Shown here: piece by piece, positions 51,301 through 63,481 of the stretch
Numbering within the stretch: position 1 is the first letter of the stretch
Layout: each line of letters opens with the position of its first letter
Assembly: GCA_032718475.1 (NCBI GenBank)
Contig: JAUCBJ010000795.1
Location: 1-64,000, forward strand
Reading direction: 5' to 3'
Origin: Nemertoderma westbladi
Taxonomy: Eukaryota; Animalia; Xenacoelomorpha
Length of the DNA stretch: 64,000 nucleotides
Translations under genes and position numbers: made by a program
Notes under the pieces: model-generated
The model's input: only the letters and a program-made list of their open reading frames with translations
What the model was told of the DNA's origin: nothing
Database searches by the model: none

Positions 51301-52949
51301 GGCTTCTAATAGACCCCTATACGAGCCATTTACGCAACAGTAAATTATTATAAAGGGATTAGTGTGGCTATACATTTTACTACCAAATTCTGTCGTGGTG
51401 GCATTTGGCATTCCTATTAAATATACACCGTAAATACACTGTGCATTGGGTATGAATATAAGTATTGTGCCCAAGTAAATGCACCCGAAATGTCCCCTTA
51501 TTCCTAATATGACCAAATAACTGTTAGTTTTTATACTTCCCCCCATTTCTTATGATAATTATTACGATTTTATATGAATACTAAGTACGTACTGTATAGC
51601 TTAAATTTCCTTCCAAATAGCACTAATATCTTTCATATATAACAAAAACGTAAAAAATTCGGGGCCTATTTCTTAATTTCTAAATAATGGGCAATTACCA
51701 ACTAAATGCGTACATACAATTTCCTAGGCATTTTAACACACGTAGAGGACTAAAATTCCCATTTATGATGATCAGATCATTTTTAAATATTTTCCAATGG
51801 ATTCAGCGCCCCAGAAAACCTGTATTGAAAAAATATTAACCCAAAATTTCAAATTTTTTGAAAATTGTTCTACTTGAAATTTTGGTGCTACAAATATTAA
51901 CTCCAGTAGAATTTTTCGAAATTTTTTATTTTCGGTCGGATTCATTCATACTAGTGAAATCAAAATCTAAATATAATTTTAGTTCGGTGGTGTAGGCCTA
52001 CTTCCTTCATGTCAGACACTATTAACCAAACAGACCCCGTACAGGTAATTTTGAATTTTGAGGTGAATATCCTCAGCTAGAATGACATTTTTTCTTACGA
52101 AAAATACTACTCCTCCATTTCTTAACCATTTTTTGCAATTTTTTCTTCATATGAAAGGTAATTTCATAAGCTTCAACAAATTCTCCATATTTTGAATGAA
52201 AAATTAGAAATAACATGGGTTTTTTAAGTTTTTAAAAAATTTCAAATTTTTTTTTCCAAATTGCCAATTATCAGAAATAGAAAACGAAAATACAAAAAGT
52301 GCATGAAAAATATGATGTAAATGAACTGCTGGTTCCAGAAAATGTGGTATCGGAAGATAAAAATGGAAAATATGAAGGCGTAGGGCCTAGTCTTATTAGT
52401 GAAATTTTTAATATCTTCATTACGTGCTGCGCGAAGGCCCCACTTCTATAAATAGTTTGTGCTCATTGTTTATAGAGTAAAGAAATATAAAGTATATCGA
52501 TATCGCCGATATCACCGATAACAAAATTTATAAGTTCCGTGTTTATAGACTGAAGTTTAGCTTTGTTGGCCCTGGAATGTCATTGTCTCGTTTCCAATTC
52601 CGTATTCACATTGGTGGTTCCATCTGTAACGGCATTGTGGAAGTGTCTGTGACTTCCACCACAACCACACATCGACTATATTCATCTTGTTTATGCGACA
52701 ATTCCTCATTTAGCGATGCGATATAATTTGCGAAGGGAGATGAGCGATAGTCGCTATCTATGCTGTGTCTCTTTCGTCGATCTCTTGGTGTTTCTCTGTC
52801 TAAAGTTTGAATTTTCGGGATTTGGTAGGCCTTTTACTTCTTCTATATTATTTTAAGTATTTTACTGCAATCGTTTATGTTATATCAGAAAAATATTAAT
52901 ATATATAAATTATTTTTATTACAATTTATTTAAATATAATATATTATAA

Positions 52950-54255
52950 ACTACTACTACTACTACTACTAGGTCGAGCGAACTCGGACAGTGGAAATGA
53001 GATCCTTCCAGGCTTCCCGATTCTCCATAGTTGTCGCAATTTCGTTTCTCTCAAGTTCAGTATCCCTTTCAAGTTGATCTATATATGTTATGGCCAGTCG
53101 TCCACGACTACGCTTTCCATGTGTTGGTTGCCAGAGAAGTAGATCTGGTATGACCTCGTCTTTACTTCACCAGCAGTGCCCACTGAATCTTAATCTGCGT
53201 TCATGGAGGGTGGTTGATACAGATGGTATTGTACCATAAAGCTCGGCGTTTGTCATGTTTTGTCTCCAGCTGACGTCTAGGGCAGCCATTAGTAGTCTTG
53301 TGTGCAACCATCAATTCGGAATTCAAGTGATTTAGTCAGTGTCCAGGTCTCACCCCCGTATAAAAATACTCTTACCACTGTGGCTCCCACTTATGCGTTC
53401 TTGTAATGTGAATCCCAGATATCCACCCTTTGTGGCCGTCCTCATTGAGTAATCCAGTACAATTACAAATAGTATTGGTGCTAATGTGTCACCTTGCAGT
53501 ACGCCAGCCAGGACTGAGAAGAACTCAATTTCACCAACTGATGAGAGTACCTGCGCTTCTGTGTCACAATATAATAATCGAATGCAAGCCACAATTACCT
53601 CTGGTATTCCATAAGCTCTTAGAATTTCCAGCATTTTACCTCTATGGATTGAGTCGAAGGCCTTCTCGAAGTCCACAAAAGTCATGACTGCGGGGAGATT
53701 CTTTGACTTAATTCCCTCAATCAGTCTCCGTAGCGGAAGTATCTGAGCTATTGTTGATCTATTTTGTCGAAATTCGTTTTGGCTCTTACGCAGTAGTTTC
53801 TCTATGTGAGGCCTAATCCTATATAGAATCATTTTGTTATGTATTTTGGCAGCTACCACAAGCAGGCAGATTTTAGCAGCTACCACAAGCAGACAGATCC
53901 CACGATAGTTTGTTGGTATACCGTGGTCTCCTTTCTTGGGGAGGGGCTTTAGTTGACCTTTAGTCCAAATTGGTGGTGGATTTTCCCCTTTCAGCATCTG
54001 GTTGGAAACATTCAATAATGGTCTGTTTAGCACTCCTGTTTTCCATACCTTCGCTGGGATTTCATATAATCCACTCGCTTTATTATTGGACATGCTTTTA
54101 ATGCTTCTTTGGAGTTCGGCAGGTGTGAACTCCCCTGTTTCTATAAGTAGTGTCTTGTCATATAATTTACTTGTAGGGCTGACCGCGATGTTTGGTGCTG
54201 CCCAAGCAAGTTGCTGAAGTGATCAATCCATTTCCCATCACATTCTTCAGGACTA
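52950..54255 (-). mobile_element. RTE family B fragment, same deletion, single tail
   Basis: 247-aa partial RT frame at 53350-54093 and a longer (TAG)n tail. Confidence 0.9.
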
Positions 54256-54601
54256 TTATATATATATTATTACATATACTAATACAATTAATACTTAATA
54301 TAATTATTTCTAATAAAAATATATATAATTATACAATTAGTTTTTTCTTGTGCAGAAGGCTTTGATTGTTTAGTTGTAGGCCTATATAGCAACTATACGT
54401 AGGCCACTCTGCATACAACCGTTCACCCTGTGTTATAACAATCGAAGTGATAGTATTAGTCGCGGAATTCAAGTATTATTAATCGTAATATTATATTAAA
54501 TAATATTAAATTAATATAAATTATATTCATATTAATATACAATTTTCCGGAGGAAAAATCATTAAAAAATCATACAAAATTATTCACTTCTAATTTATCC
54601 A

Positions 54602-55996
54602 AATAGAATTACAGAGAATGTGAGAAGTTTAATTTAACCAATAGAATTACAGAGAATGTGATAAGTTTAATTTAACCAATAGAATTACAGATAATGTGAG
54701 AAGTTTAATTTAACCAATAGAATTACAGAGAATGTGAGAAGTTTAATTTAAATAATAGAATTACAGAGAACATGAGAAGTTTAATTTAACCAATAGAATT
54801 ACAGAGAATGTAAGAAGTTTAATTTAACAAATAGAATTACAGAGAATGTGAGAAGTTTAATTTAACAAATAGAATTACAGAGAATGTGAGAAGTTTAATT
54901 TAACCAATAGAATTACAGAGAATGTGAGAAGTTTAATTTAACCAATAGAATTACAGAGAATGTGAGAAGTTTAATTAAACCAATAGAATTACAGATAATG
55001 TGAGAAGTTTAATTAAACCAATAGAATTACAGAGAATGTGAGAAGTTTAATTTAACCAATAGAATTACAGATAATGTGGGAAGTTTAATTTAACCAATAG
55101 AATTACAGAGAATGTGAGAAGTTTAATTTAAATAATAGAATTACAGAGAACGTGAGAAGTTTAATTTAACCAATAGAATTACAGAGAATGTAAGAAGTTT
55201 AATTTAACCAATAGAATTACAGAGAATGTGAGAAGTTTAATTTAACCCATAGAATTACAGATAATGTGAGAAGTTTAATTTGACCAATAGAATTACAGAG
55301 AATGTAAGAAGTTTAATTTAACCAATAGAATTACAGAGAATGTAAGAAGTTTAATTTAACCAATAGAATTACAGAGAATGTGAGAAGTTTAATTTAACCA
55401 ATAGAATTACAGAGAATGTAAGAAGTTTAATTTAACCAATAGAATTACAGAGAATGTGAGAAGTTTAATTTAACCAATAGAATTACAGAGAATGTGAGAA
55501 GTTTAATTTAACCAATAGAATTACAGATAATGTGAGAAGTTTAATTTAACCAATAGAATTACAGAGAATGTGAGAAGTTTAATTTAACCAATAGAATTAC
55601 AGAGAATGTGAGAAGTTTAATTTAACCAATAGAATTACAGAGAATGTGAGAAGTTTAATTTAACCAATAGAATTACAGAGAATGTGAGAAGTTTAATTTA
55701 ACCAATAGGATTACAGAGAATGTGAGAAGTTTAATTAAACCAATAGAATTACAGAGAATGTGAGAAGTTTAATTTAACCAATAGAATTACAGAGAATGTG
55801 AGAAGTTTAATTTAACCAATAGAATTACAGAGAATGTGAGAAGTTTAATTTAACCAATAGAATTACAGAGAATGTGAGAAGTTTAATTTAACCAATAGAA
55901 TTACAGAGAATGTGAGAAGTTTAATTTAACCAATAGAATTACAGAGAACGTGAGAAGTTTAATTTAACCAATAGGATTACAGAGAATGTGAGAAGT
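54602..55996. repeat. 38-bp minisatellite, about 36 copies
   Basis: AATAGAATTACAGAGAATGTGAGAAGTTTAATTTAACC head-to-tail with no spacers. Confidence 0.99.
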
Positions 55997-56132
55997 AAGT
56001 ACTAAACGTTAATCTACATTATTATTTTAATTGTGTTAGATTGTTATTTTAATTTTTTGAATAAATTGACATTTTTCATGAAATACAGATTACTTTTTTC
56101 CCTTATTTTCAATAAATTCGCTGTTAGAGTAT

Positions 56133-56402
56133 TTAGGAGTGGTTGAAAGGTCTACCAAAACCCGTGCCTGTTTTCCCACAACCGCAAACTCTGGAAAGTT
56201 GACCGGGTAGTTTTCTAACTCTTGTCATACAGTTTTCATAATAGTCCCTTTGTATGCATCTTCTATAGCAGTAGAATCCAACAACCATAGCTAAAACTAA
56301 TGCCACGAGACAAATCATCACGCCAGTTTGGTTTAGTTTACCGTTAACAATCCAGGTGGTGTTTGCTGTTGACGTATTGCCGACTTCGTTAGTTGATGTC
56401 AT
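56133..56402 (-). CDS. Candidate small single-pass membrane protein (89 aa) or exon of one
   Basis: ATG at 56402, three N-x-S/T sequons, a hydrophobic stretch VMICLVALVLAMVVGFYCY followed by RR. No homologue recognised. Confidence 0.45.
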   Translation of the reverse strand: MTSTNEVGNTSTANTTWIVNGKLNQTGVMICLVALVLAMVVGFYCYRRCIQRDYYENCMTRVRKLPGQLSRVCGCGKTGTGFGRPFNHS

Positions 56403-57655
56403 GTTATTTCTTCGAATAATTTTGGAGGATGGTTTTTTTCTCGGCAGAATGAAGTCCAATTAATAGCTATAATGCACTATTGCACTATTTATGGTAACTT
56501 GACTACGCTATAAACTTTGAAATGATTAACTAATTAATTATTTTACATTCGAATTGAATTGGGGTCAAGCTAACTTAGTTAACTTAGCTAACTTAAGTTA
56601 ACTTTTTAACCAAATCGTTACATAAATTCCAACAATGGAAGAAAAGTAAACGTTTACTTTCGGTATTTAATAACATGATAGTTGCTTCCATAATGTTCAT
56701 AGTCTCATCAGCTTTGGGTTAAAGTATATCTTTTATATATTCGAAAGTGATTTGGTTATTAAAATGATGAAGCCATAACGTTTTGGACGGAGTTATTCCT
56801 TGTATCACTTTTTGGTTGCGTAGTTTATTACATTGTTACCTTATATGCTTTAGTGTAAATCTTATAAAGTCATACAACTACTCAAACTAATTATTAAAAA
56901 ATGGCTGGAAATTCTCGCAAAAATTGAAATTTATATGCTTGTCAGATATGGGAGGGGCGGGATATGGCGGGATTGTAATGTTTCGGATTAGGTAAACAAC
57001 ATGAGGGTTTATGTTACAACAGTTTACATGTATGGTTGTTGTGATTTGTTTTGTCATCTGAAAGCACTTCATCAGTAATAGAGACATATATCAAGATCAA
57101 CATGGCAACACTTGATTCTTGGTAGTTGGTTTGATTTATTTTATATAAAACAGCAGTAATGTTTATCTTTATTACCGGTAAATAATATCTGCCATTCGCA
57201 AAACAATATCCTCTACAGAGGAAGGCTAAAAAACAACCTAATATACCAGATACATGGTTTTGGAGAAATAAAACGTGTTAGCTGTTTTTGATGCAAAAAA
57301 AGATACACATTTGCCAGCCAGATCCTTCAAGTGAAGCAACAGGCAGCTAAGTTACATTAAGCTACATTAAGTCGTATCTTTAAATATAAATAACATTGTG
57401 CTCACCCAAAGCTATGAATAATAATAATAATAATAATGCATTCGCGCTCAGTAGTAACAACACATTTTATAGTTGGGTTGCTTGGCGCGGCAGTACTGTG
57501 GTGTGGGTTGCTAGGGTAATATGTTCCAGAATAACGAAAAAAAATGAAGAGAGCTGCTGAGCTGAAGGTTTAAGAAGACGGTTTAACCGATCCCGAATAT
57601 CACGTCAGGCAAACGAGACTTACCGCTGCGCCGGTACTTCACTTTCCGTTCACTA

Positions 57656-59713
57656 CTACTACTACTACTAGGATCGGCATGCTGCATTGCAGCTGCGTTT
57701 TTAAAAATGCTGTGCCGGCATGTCGACAAAATTGCGCCGCCACAACTCCCTATCACCCATGACATTTGCTAGATCATTCGCATCTTTAAGGCCAGTGTCA
57801 TTTAAGATGCATCATTCAAGAAAGTCATGGGCTGTCAACCATGCTTATTCACTCCATGAGGCTGCCAAAGTACAAGATTATGCACTGGCTGTCCTCACGG
57901 CGAAAGCAATGTCCTGCAAAGCGGAGGCGATTTTGTTCTAGTGTCAAGCTTGGGGGAACCAATGAGACACCTCCAATGTTATATAGTGTCTGGTTGGAGA
58001 TGTGTACATTGTACCTGACACAATGAACCCGGCGTATCATTCTTGTGAATGTGCCATCCAGAGATTTGGTGTCCTCAGCAGTTAGAGCCCAGCATGGACA
58101 CCCATAGAGGAGTAATGGAGTACTGGCAAGGCAGATTTCGTTGTTCTACTAGCACGCAGACTAAGTCTTACCTTGGCCACAATAAGGCGGTGATCACTGG
58201 AGAAGGGTCGAAGTGTAAACGCATTACAGTCTTTTATAGAGCTCCTGTATTTCCTACGAAACTGAATATGGTATATCTGGGACTTGTGACCACTGGGTCC
58301 ACTATGAGTCCATAGCTTTCCAGTTCGCTTCTTGAACTGAGTTCCAGCCGAAAACAATCCATTTCCAGAGATAAAATCCTGAAGATGGACAGAATTTAGG
58401 TTAACACTATTGCTATAGACCCAGGGCGATATAGGTGATTGATGCAGACTTGCATTAAAGTCTCCCAGGAATGTTAAGAATGCATGCTGATCCTCTCCAA
58501 GAGTAGCTGCTTGTAGATTCTGGTAGAAATTTTCCACCTCCTCTACAGGGGCAACACTAGTTGGAGAGTAGCACACAATCAGAACCACCTTAGGAATCTT
58601 CTTAGCCAGTCTTCCAGAACATGAGAAGTGGCAACGGATGATGCGGTTGGAGATTTGGTCTATTTTGTTCAATGCTGCATGTGCAGTTGGATTCATCAAT
58701 AGACCAATTCCACCATTGCCACTATCATCTGATGACGCGAGGGCGAGTCTCCAACCGCCCCCCATGTCCTTAATCAGAACCTCATCAGTCTGTCCAGTTT
58801 GCATTCGGTGCTCTTGAACACCCACTGCGCTAAGAGAAAGCTTATCTGCCAATACAGTCAGCTCACCTTGTCGCATTGGGGACCCGAGTGTTAGGGTGTT
58901 TACTGAGGCTAGTCTTGTGACTTGCCTCAGATTCACCAATGGCTTTGTTGGTCGGGGTGGAACATGAGAGTAGCCTCCAACTCCAGAATCCCTCTCCCCA
59001 TCACAATCTGGCCTTCCTGGTGACCCAGGGTTTGGGCCAGAAAGGTCATCAGAAAAGGGACTCAAAGAATTGTTGGCTGCTCTCTCTCCAGTAGGGGGTG
59101 AGACAGGCAGCCGGTCAGGAGTTAACTGACGCCTGTGAGGCCGATTGTGTCCGGTAATTCCACTGGCCTCTTGTGGCCGGACCTCCGCATTGCTAATGTA
59201 ATCCATAGTGGGGGTTGGGGGGTGCTTTTTTGCCGAGTCAGCTCTCGGGGCAAATACCACACCCTGGTTTGCCATTCCACAGGGTGGGTGTCGCAGTGGA
59301 GTCAGATATGAGGCCCATCACCCATATCTACTCTGGCGCACATGACCCACCATTGGCTGTGCAGCTCATCTGCTGGGTCATGCCCTGTACCCCTGCTTCC
59401 AGATACAGGTTGCAGTGAAGTGCACTCAGAGTGGACATGAGAACACTCTACTCCTAACCAGCCATTGGTAGATCACCATCTGCCTGGCCAGGCCATATAC
59501 TCCTGCAGCCAAGTATATGGGTCCTTAATCCAGGACCAACTGCGTCCTTATCACAGAACGATGGGGGTCCTAGTTACAGGACCAGATTTGCCCTAGTAAG
59601 AGGGTCTATGCAGCTACAGATGGCACCTCCTTTATGCTGCATGGAGGTGGCAAGTTTCTTGATCAATGACCTAAAATACCTGACCTGACCTGACGCTTCG
59701 TTCACTTCGGACC
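57656..59713 (-). mobile_element. RTE family A element with both termini but the RT deleted
   Basis: TSD TTCCGTTCACTA (57644-57655 and 59714-59725), 5' UTR, APE ORF, an abrupt join near 58120 to the 3' region, and a (TAG)n tail. Confidence 0.9.
58082..59275 (-). CDS. RTE APE-type endonuclease ORF without RT
   Basis: ASVNTLTL, VQEHR, GGIG, YSPT, GDFNA, SDHRL. QIYHI stands where QIDHI is expected. Confidence 0.8.
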   Translation of the reverse strand: MANQGVVFAPRADSAKKHPPTPTMDYISNAEVRPQEASGITGHNRPHRRQLTPDRLPVSPPTGERAANNSLSPFSDDLSGPNPGSPGRPDCDGERDSGVGGYSHVPPRPTKPLVNLRQVTRLASVNTLTLGSPMRQGELTVLADKLSLSAVGVQEHRMQTGQTDEVLIKDMGGGWRLALASSDDSGNGGIGLLMNPTAHAALNKIDQISNRIIRCHFSCSGRLAKKIPKVVLIVCYSPTSVAPVEEVENFYQNLQAATLGEDQHAFLTFLGDFNASLHQSPISPWVYSNSVNLNSVHLQDFISGNGLFSAGTQFKKRTGKLWTHSGPSGHKSQIYHIQFRRKYRSSIKDCNAFTLRPFSSDHRLIVAKVRLSLRASRTTKSALPVLHYSSMGVHAGL

Positions 59714-59879
59714 TTCCGTTCACTAGTACCCAAGGTATTGTCCGTGGTAATTTCCTGCACATTTAAGGCCCGGGTTCTTACCTTGAATCAATCCTCGCGC
59801 CCACGCGTTCATTTATATGAAGATAAAATTACACGAAATAATAATTGTCGCTGTGACCATAGAATCAATTATTTTTATC

Positions 59880-60430
59880 TGCGCTCAGTAGTAACAACAC
59901 ATTTTATACTTGGGTTGCATGGCGCGGCATTACTGTGGTGTGGGTTGCCAGGGTAATATGTTCTAGAATAACGAAAAAAAAAATGAAGAGAGGTGCTGAG
60001 CTGAAGGTTTAAGAAGACGGTTGAACCGAGCCCGAATATCACGTCAGGCAAACGAGACTTACCGCTGCGCCGGTACTTCACTTTCCGTTCACTAGTACCC
60101 AAGGTATTGTCCGTGGTAATTTCCTGCACATTTAAGGCCCGGGTTCTTACCTTGAATCAATCCTCGCGCCCACGCGCTCCGGCCCTTTGCGATTTCAGGT
60201 ACGGCCCGCCCCCCCTACTCCACTCTGCTCGCTTCCTCTCCAGTCCGATTTTCGCGTTTTTAGAATATTCGGTGACGGTTCTATTTAAAGATTATTCTGT
60301 GAACACTGTAGATATTTCTTTATTATATTTTAATATTTTACATTTATTTATCAAATAAATTAAATTCACCTTGCTAAATTTATACATAAACAAACAATGG
60401 CTATTTTCACTTAATTAACAGCTTTAATTT
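59880..60430. repeat. Locally dispersed GC-richer module of unknown origin
   Basis: Other copies at about 34811, 36168, 44348, 49049, 50884 and 57443 (the last is split by the RTE). Confidence 0.85.
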
Positions 60431-60446
60431 TTTCCGTAATTATTTG

Positions 60447-60620
60447 ACCCTCCCTGAGACGGCTGCATTCCTAATGGTGGTGGGAAACCGCCTCCGACCA
60501 GCCACCCAGGAGCCACGCTTTCTCCTCCAACGCCTCCTCATTGCCTTTCAGATCGGCAACACAGACTCCATCCTGGGTATCACGGACATAACCGTTCCGT
60601 ACAGGAATATTGATCCGTGA
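60447..60620 (+). mobile_element. C-terminal relic of a CRE-like (RLE-bearing) non-LTR retrotransposon
   Basis: Manual translation PETAAFLMVVGNRLRPATQEPRFLLQRLLIAFQIGNTDSILG resembles the FL.QRLS.A.Q.GNA..ILG terminus of CRE-clade proteins. Confidence 0.65.
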
Positions 60621-61869
60621 ATAACTGTAACATAACAATTATTAATAATAATTGTAACATGGGTTAACTTTCGTTTATTGTTTTGGTTCCCTCAACACGC
60701 CGCTACCCAAGGGCCAATTTAGACAACACTTTGGGGGGTGTATGGGAATTTTACCGAGTATAATATTATTTTACCGATCATATGTAAGTAAAACTTGATT
60801 GATTGATATTACCAATTAATAGGAACTACTCTTTCAAATTGTACCATTTTTTGGACATTTGCATCAATAATTAGAACCAGTAGTAGTAAGCATACAGGAT
60901 ACTGCAGGCCTTCGTTATAATGAGTCTGGTCTGGTTTTATTTTTTTCAAACTGTTATAGTATGTTACACAACTTAATGAATTATCTTAATCTACTATGCA
61001 CAGCCCAGCCCACAATAGAGTATCTTAATAGTTTATCTTAAAATACAGCCCACAATAGAGTATTCCTATCGACAGTGATTACTGTTATGTTACATACTAT
61101 TTGGTTTATTGTAATCCTATCATTTTTTTAAAAACGTTTCAAAATTTCCCATCTTTCCCAATCCGATTCCTTTTGCAATTGATCAGAAAAGTTACATCAG
61201 GAAAAAGTAGTTATTTGTTGTGAAGAATTAGCACTATAAAAAACAAAGAAACAAAGCAATAAATTACAGCTTTGACGCTAGAGGGCTTAAAATAATTTTG
61301 TTAAATTTTGAATACAATCGAAATTTGAGTCGCCCTCTAGCGCACACTAGCGAAAATGTGATGGATGGATGGAATGAATTGAACGTACCGGTAGTGGGCT
61401 ATAATGCAATCATAGATACAGTGGGGACTGGAACACGTCGAATTGTTAGCTTACTTCGCAACAAGAATTGATTTAAACATTGCGAAACGATTATTGGTGA
61501 TGAAAAACTATGCGTGCAACTTTTGTTATTAAAACATAAATAAAATGTAATAATAAAATATATAATAATATTTTTTTAAATATTTTTTATTAAAATGGTA
61601 ATATTTTTTGTGTAATTTACAAACTTTTGTTATGGAAATCCATAAAGAATCAAGCGTTGATGGTGCAAAATTACCGCAAAGACTAACGGTTTGTGGGTTT
61701 GAATCATTAATTTAATTTAATTCATTAAGGAAAATTGGCAGGTTATAGTGGCTGTGTTTTCTAACCAAAACAATAAATTAAACTTAATATGACTTCCGGT
61801 CAATTTGATCCTCTATCTGAGAATCAAAGTATTAAACGTTTTGTCCTACTACTTGGAGTATGTCACCTA

Positions 61870-62191
61870 CATAACATTGGAGGTGTCTCATTGGTTCCCC
61901 CAAGCTTGACACTAGAACAAAATCGCCTCCGCTTTGCAGGACATTGCTTTCGCCGTGAGGACCAACCAGTGCATAATCTTGTACTTTGGCAGCCTCATGG
62001 AGTGAATAAGCATGGTGGACAGCCCATGACTTTTTTGAGACGCATCTTAAAGGACACTGGCCTTGAAGATGCGGATGATCTAGCAAATGTCATGGGTGAT
62101 AGGGAGTTGTGGCGGTGCAATTTTGTCGATAAGCCGGCACAGCATTCTTAAAAATGCAGCTGCAATGCAGCATGCCGATCCTAGTAGTAGT
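61870..62191 (+). mobile_element. RTE family A 3' fragment
   Basis: RLRFAGHCFRREDQPVHNLVLWQP and a TAGTAGTAG tail. Confidence 0.9.
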
Positions 62192-62222
62192 CCTACTGTA
62201 CTACTAGGCTTCCCGATTCTCC

Positions 62223-63481
62223 AACTACTACTAGGTCGAGCGAACTCGGACAGTGGAAATGAGATCCTTCCAGGCTTCCCGATTCTCCATAGTTGTCGCA
62301 ATTTCGTTTCTCCCAAGTTCAGTATCCCTTTCAAGTTGATCTATATATGTCATGGCCGGGTCGTCCACGACTACGCTTTCCATGGGTTGGTTGCCAGAGA
62401 AGTAGATCTGGTATGACCTCATCTTTACTTCGCCAGCAGTGCCCACTGAATCTTAATTTGCGTTCACGGAGGGTGGTTGATACAGGTGGTATTGTACCAT
62501 AAAGCTCGGCGTTTATCATGTGTTGTCTCCAGCTGATGTTTAGGGCTGCCCTCAGTAGTCTTGTGTAGCAACCATCAACTCGTTGTTCAAGTGATTTAGT
62601 CAGTGTCCAGGTCTCACCCCCGTATAAAAATACACTTTGCACTGTGGCTCGAAAGAACTTAGTCTTCAGGTGCCTGGAGAGATCTGATTTCCAGATTGTA
62701 TCCATTTTTGATAGAGCTCCCCAAGCCTTTGCTTTCCTAACTTCTATGTCCTTTTTGCTACTCTCTATCCATGATCCAAGGTACTGGAAGTCATCGACCT
62801 TCCTTAGTTGATTATTATCAATGATTGTCAAGTTTCCATCAACATTAAAGGTCATAAATTCGGTCTGGGTAGCATTTATATGCAATCCAACCTCCTTAGC
62901 ATCCCTCTCCACTTTATTTACTAGAAGCTGTGCATCTGCTAGCGTATTAGAGAGCAGGGCGATGTCATCCGCAAAGTCGGTGTCTGTGACTGTAGTTGCC
63001 GGATATCTACTACTTCTGCGTTCTTGAAGTGTGAATCCCAGATCTTCACCCTTTGTGGCCGTCCTCATTGCGTAATCCAGCACAATTACAAATAGTAATG
63101 GTGCTAATGTGTCACCTTGTAGTACGCCAGTCAAGGTTTGAGAAAAACTCAGTTTCACTATCTGGTGAGAGTATCTGTGCTTCTGTGTCACAATATAACA
63201 ATCCAATGCCAGCAACAATTACTTCTGGTATTCCATAAGCTCTTAGGATTTCAAGCATTTTACCTCTATGGATGGAGTCGATTGCCTTCTTGAAGTCCAC
63301 AAAAGTCATGACTGCGGGGAGATTCTTCGACATATTTCCTTCAATAAGTCTCCGTAGTGCAAGTATCTAAGCTATTATTGATCTATTTGGTCTAAATCCG
63401 TTTTGGCTCTTACGCAGTAGTTTCTCTATGTGAGGCCTAATCCTATATAGAATCATTTTATTGTATATTTTGGCAGCTACA
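62223..63481 (-). mobile_element. RTE family B 3' portion without the internal deletion
   Basis: QGDTLAP, DFADD, YLGS, LYGGETW, RFSGHCWR, with frameshifts and a (TAG)n tail. Confidence 0.92.

Larger units (their letters stand above)
30937..54255. repeat. Mosaic segmental duplication field of shuffled 0.1-1.5 kb modules
   Basis: Near-identical ORF-track entries recur at 32830/47061, 33294/47525 and 34208/48439 (offset 14231), at 37158/43506/50040, at 31150/45466 and at 36332/49213. Confidence 0.95.

Noticed and set aside
51244-51546. Recurrent 83-100 aa ORF (..NATTTEFGSK..) as a multicopy gene
   Set aside because: Recurs only because the DNA module is duplicated. N-termini vary with the junction and no domain is recognisable.
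54602-55996. 38-bp array as a CRISPR locus
   Set aside because: Head-to-tail units with no unique spacers, no cas genes, and a eukaryotic context.
60030-60240. Exons in the GC-richer module (minus-strand GTAAGA and GTAAGT donors)
   Set aside because: The implied intron is only 27 nt and no convincing protein results, so it is left unassigned.
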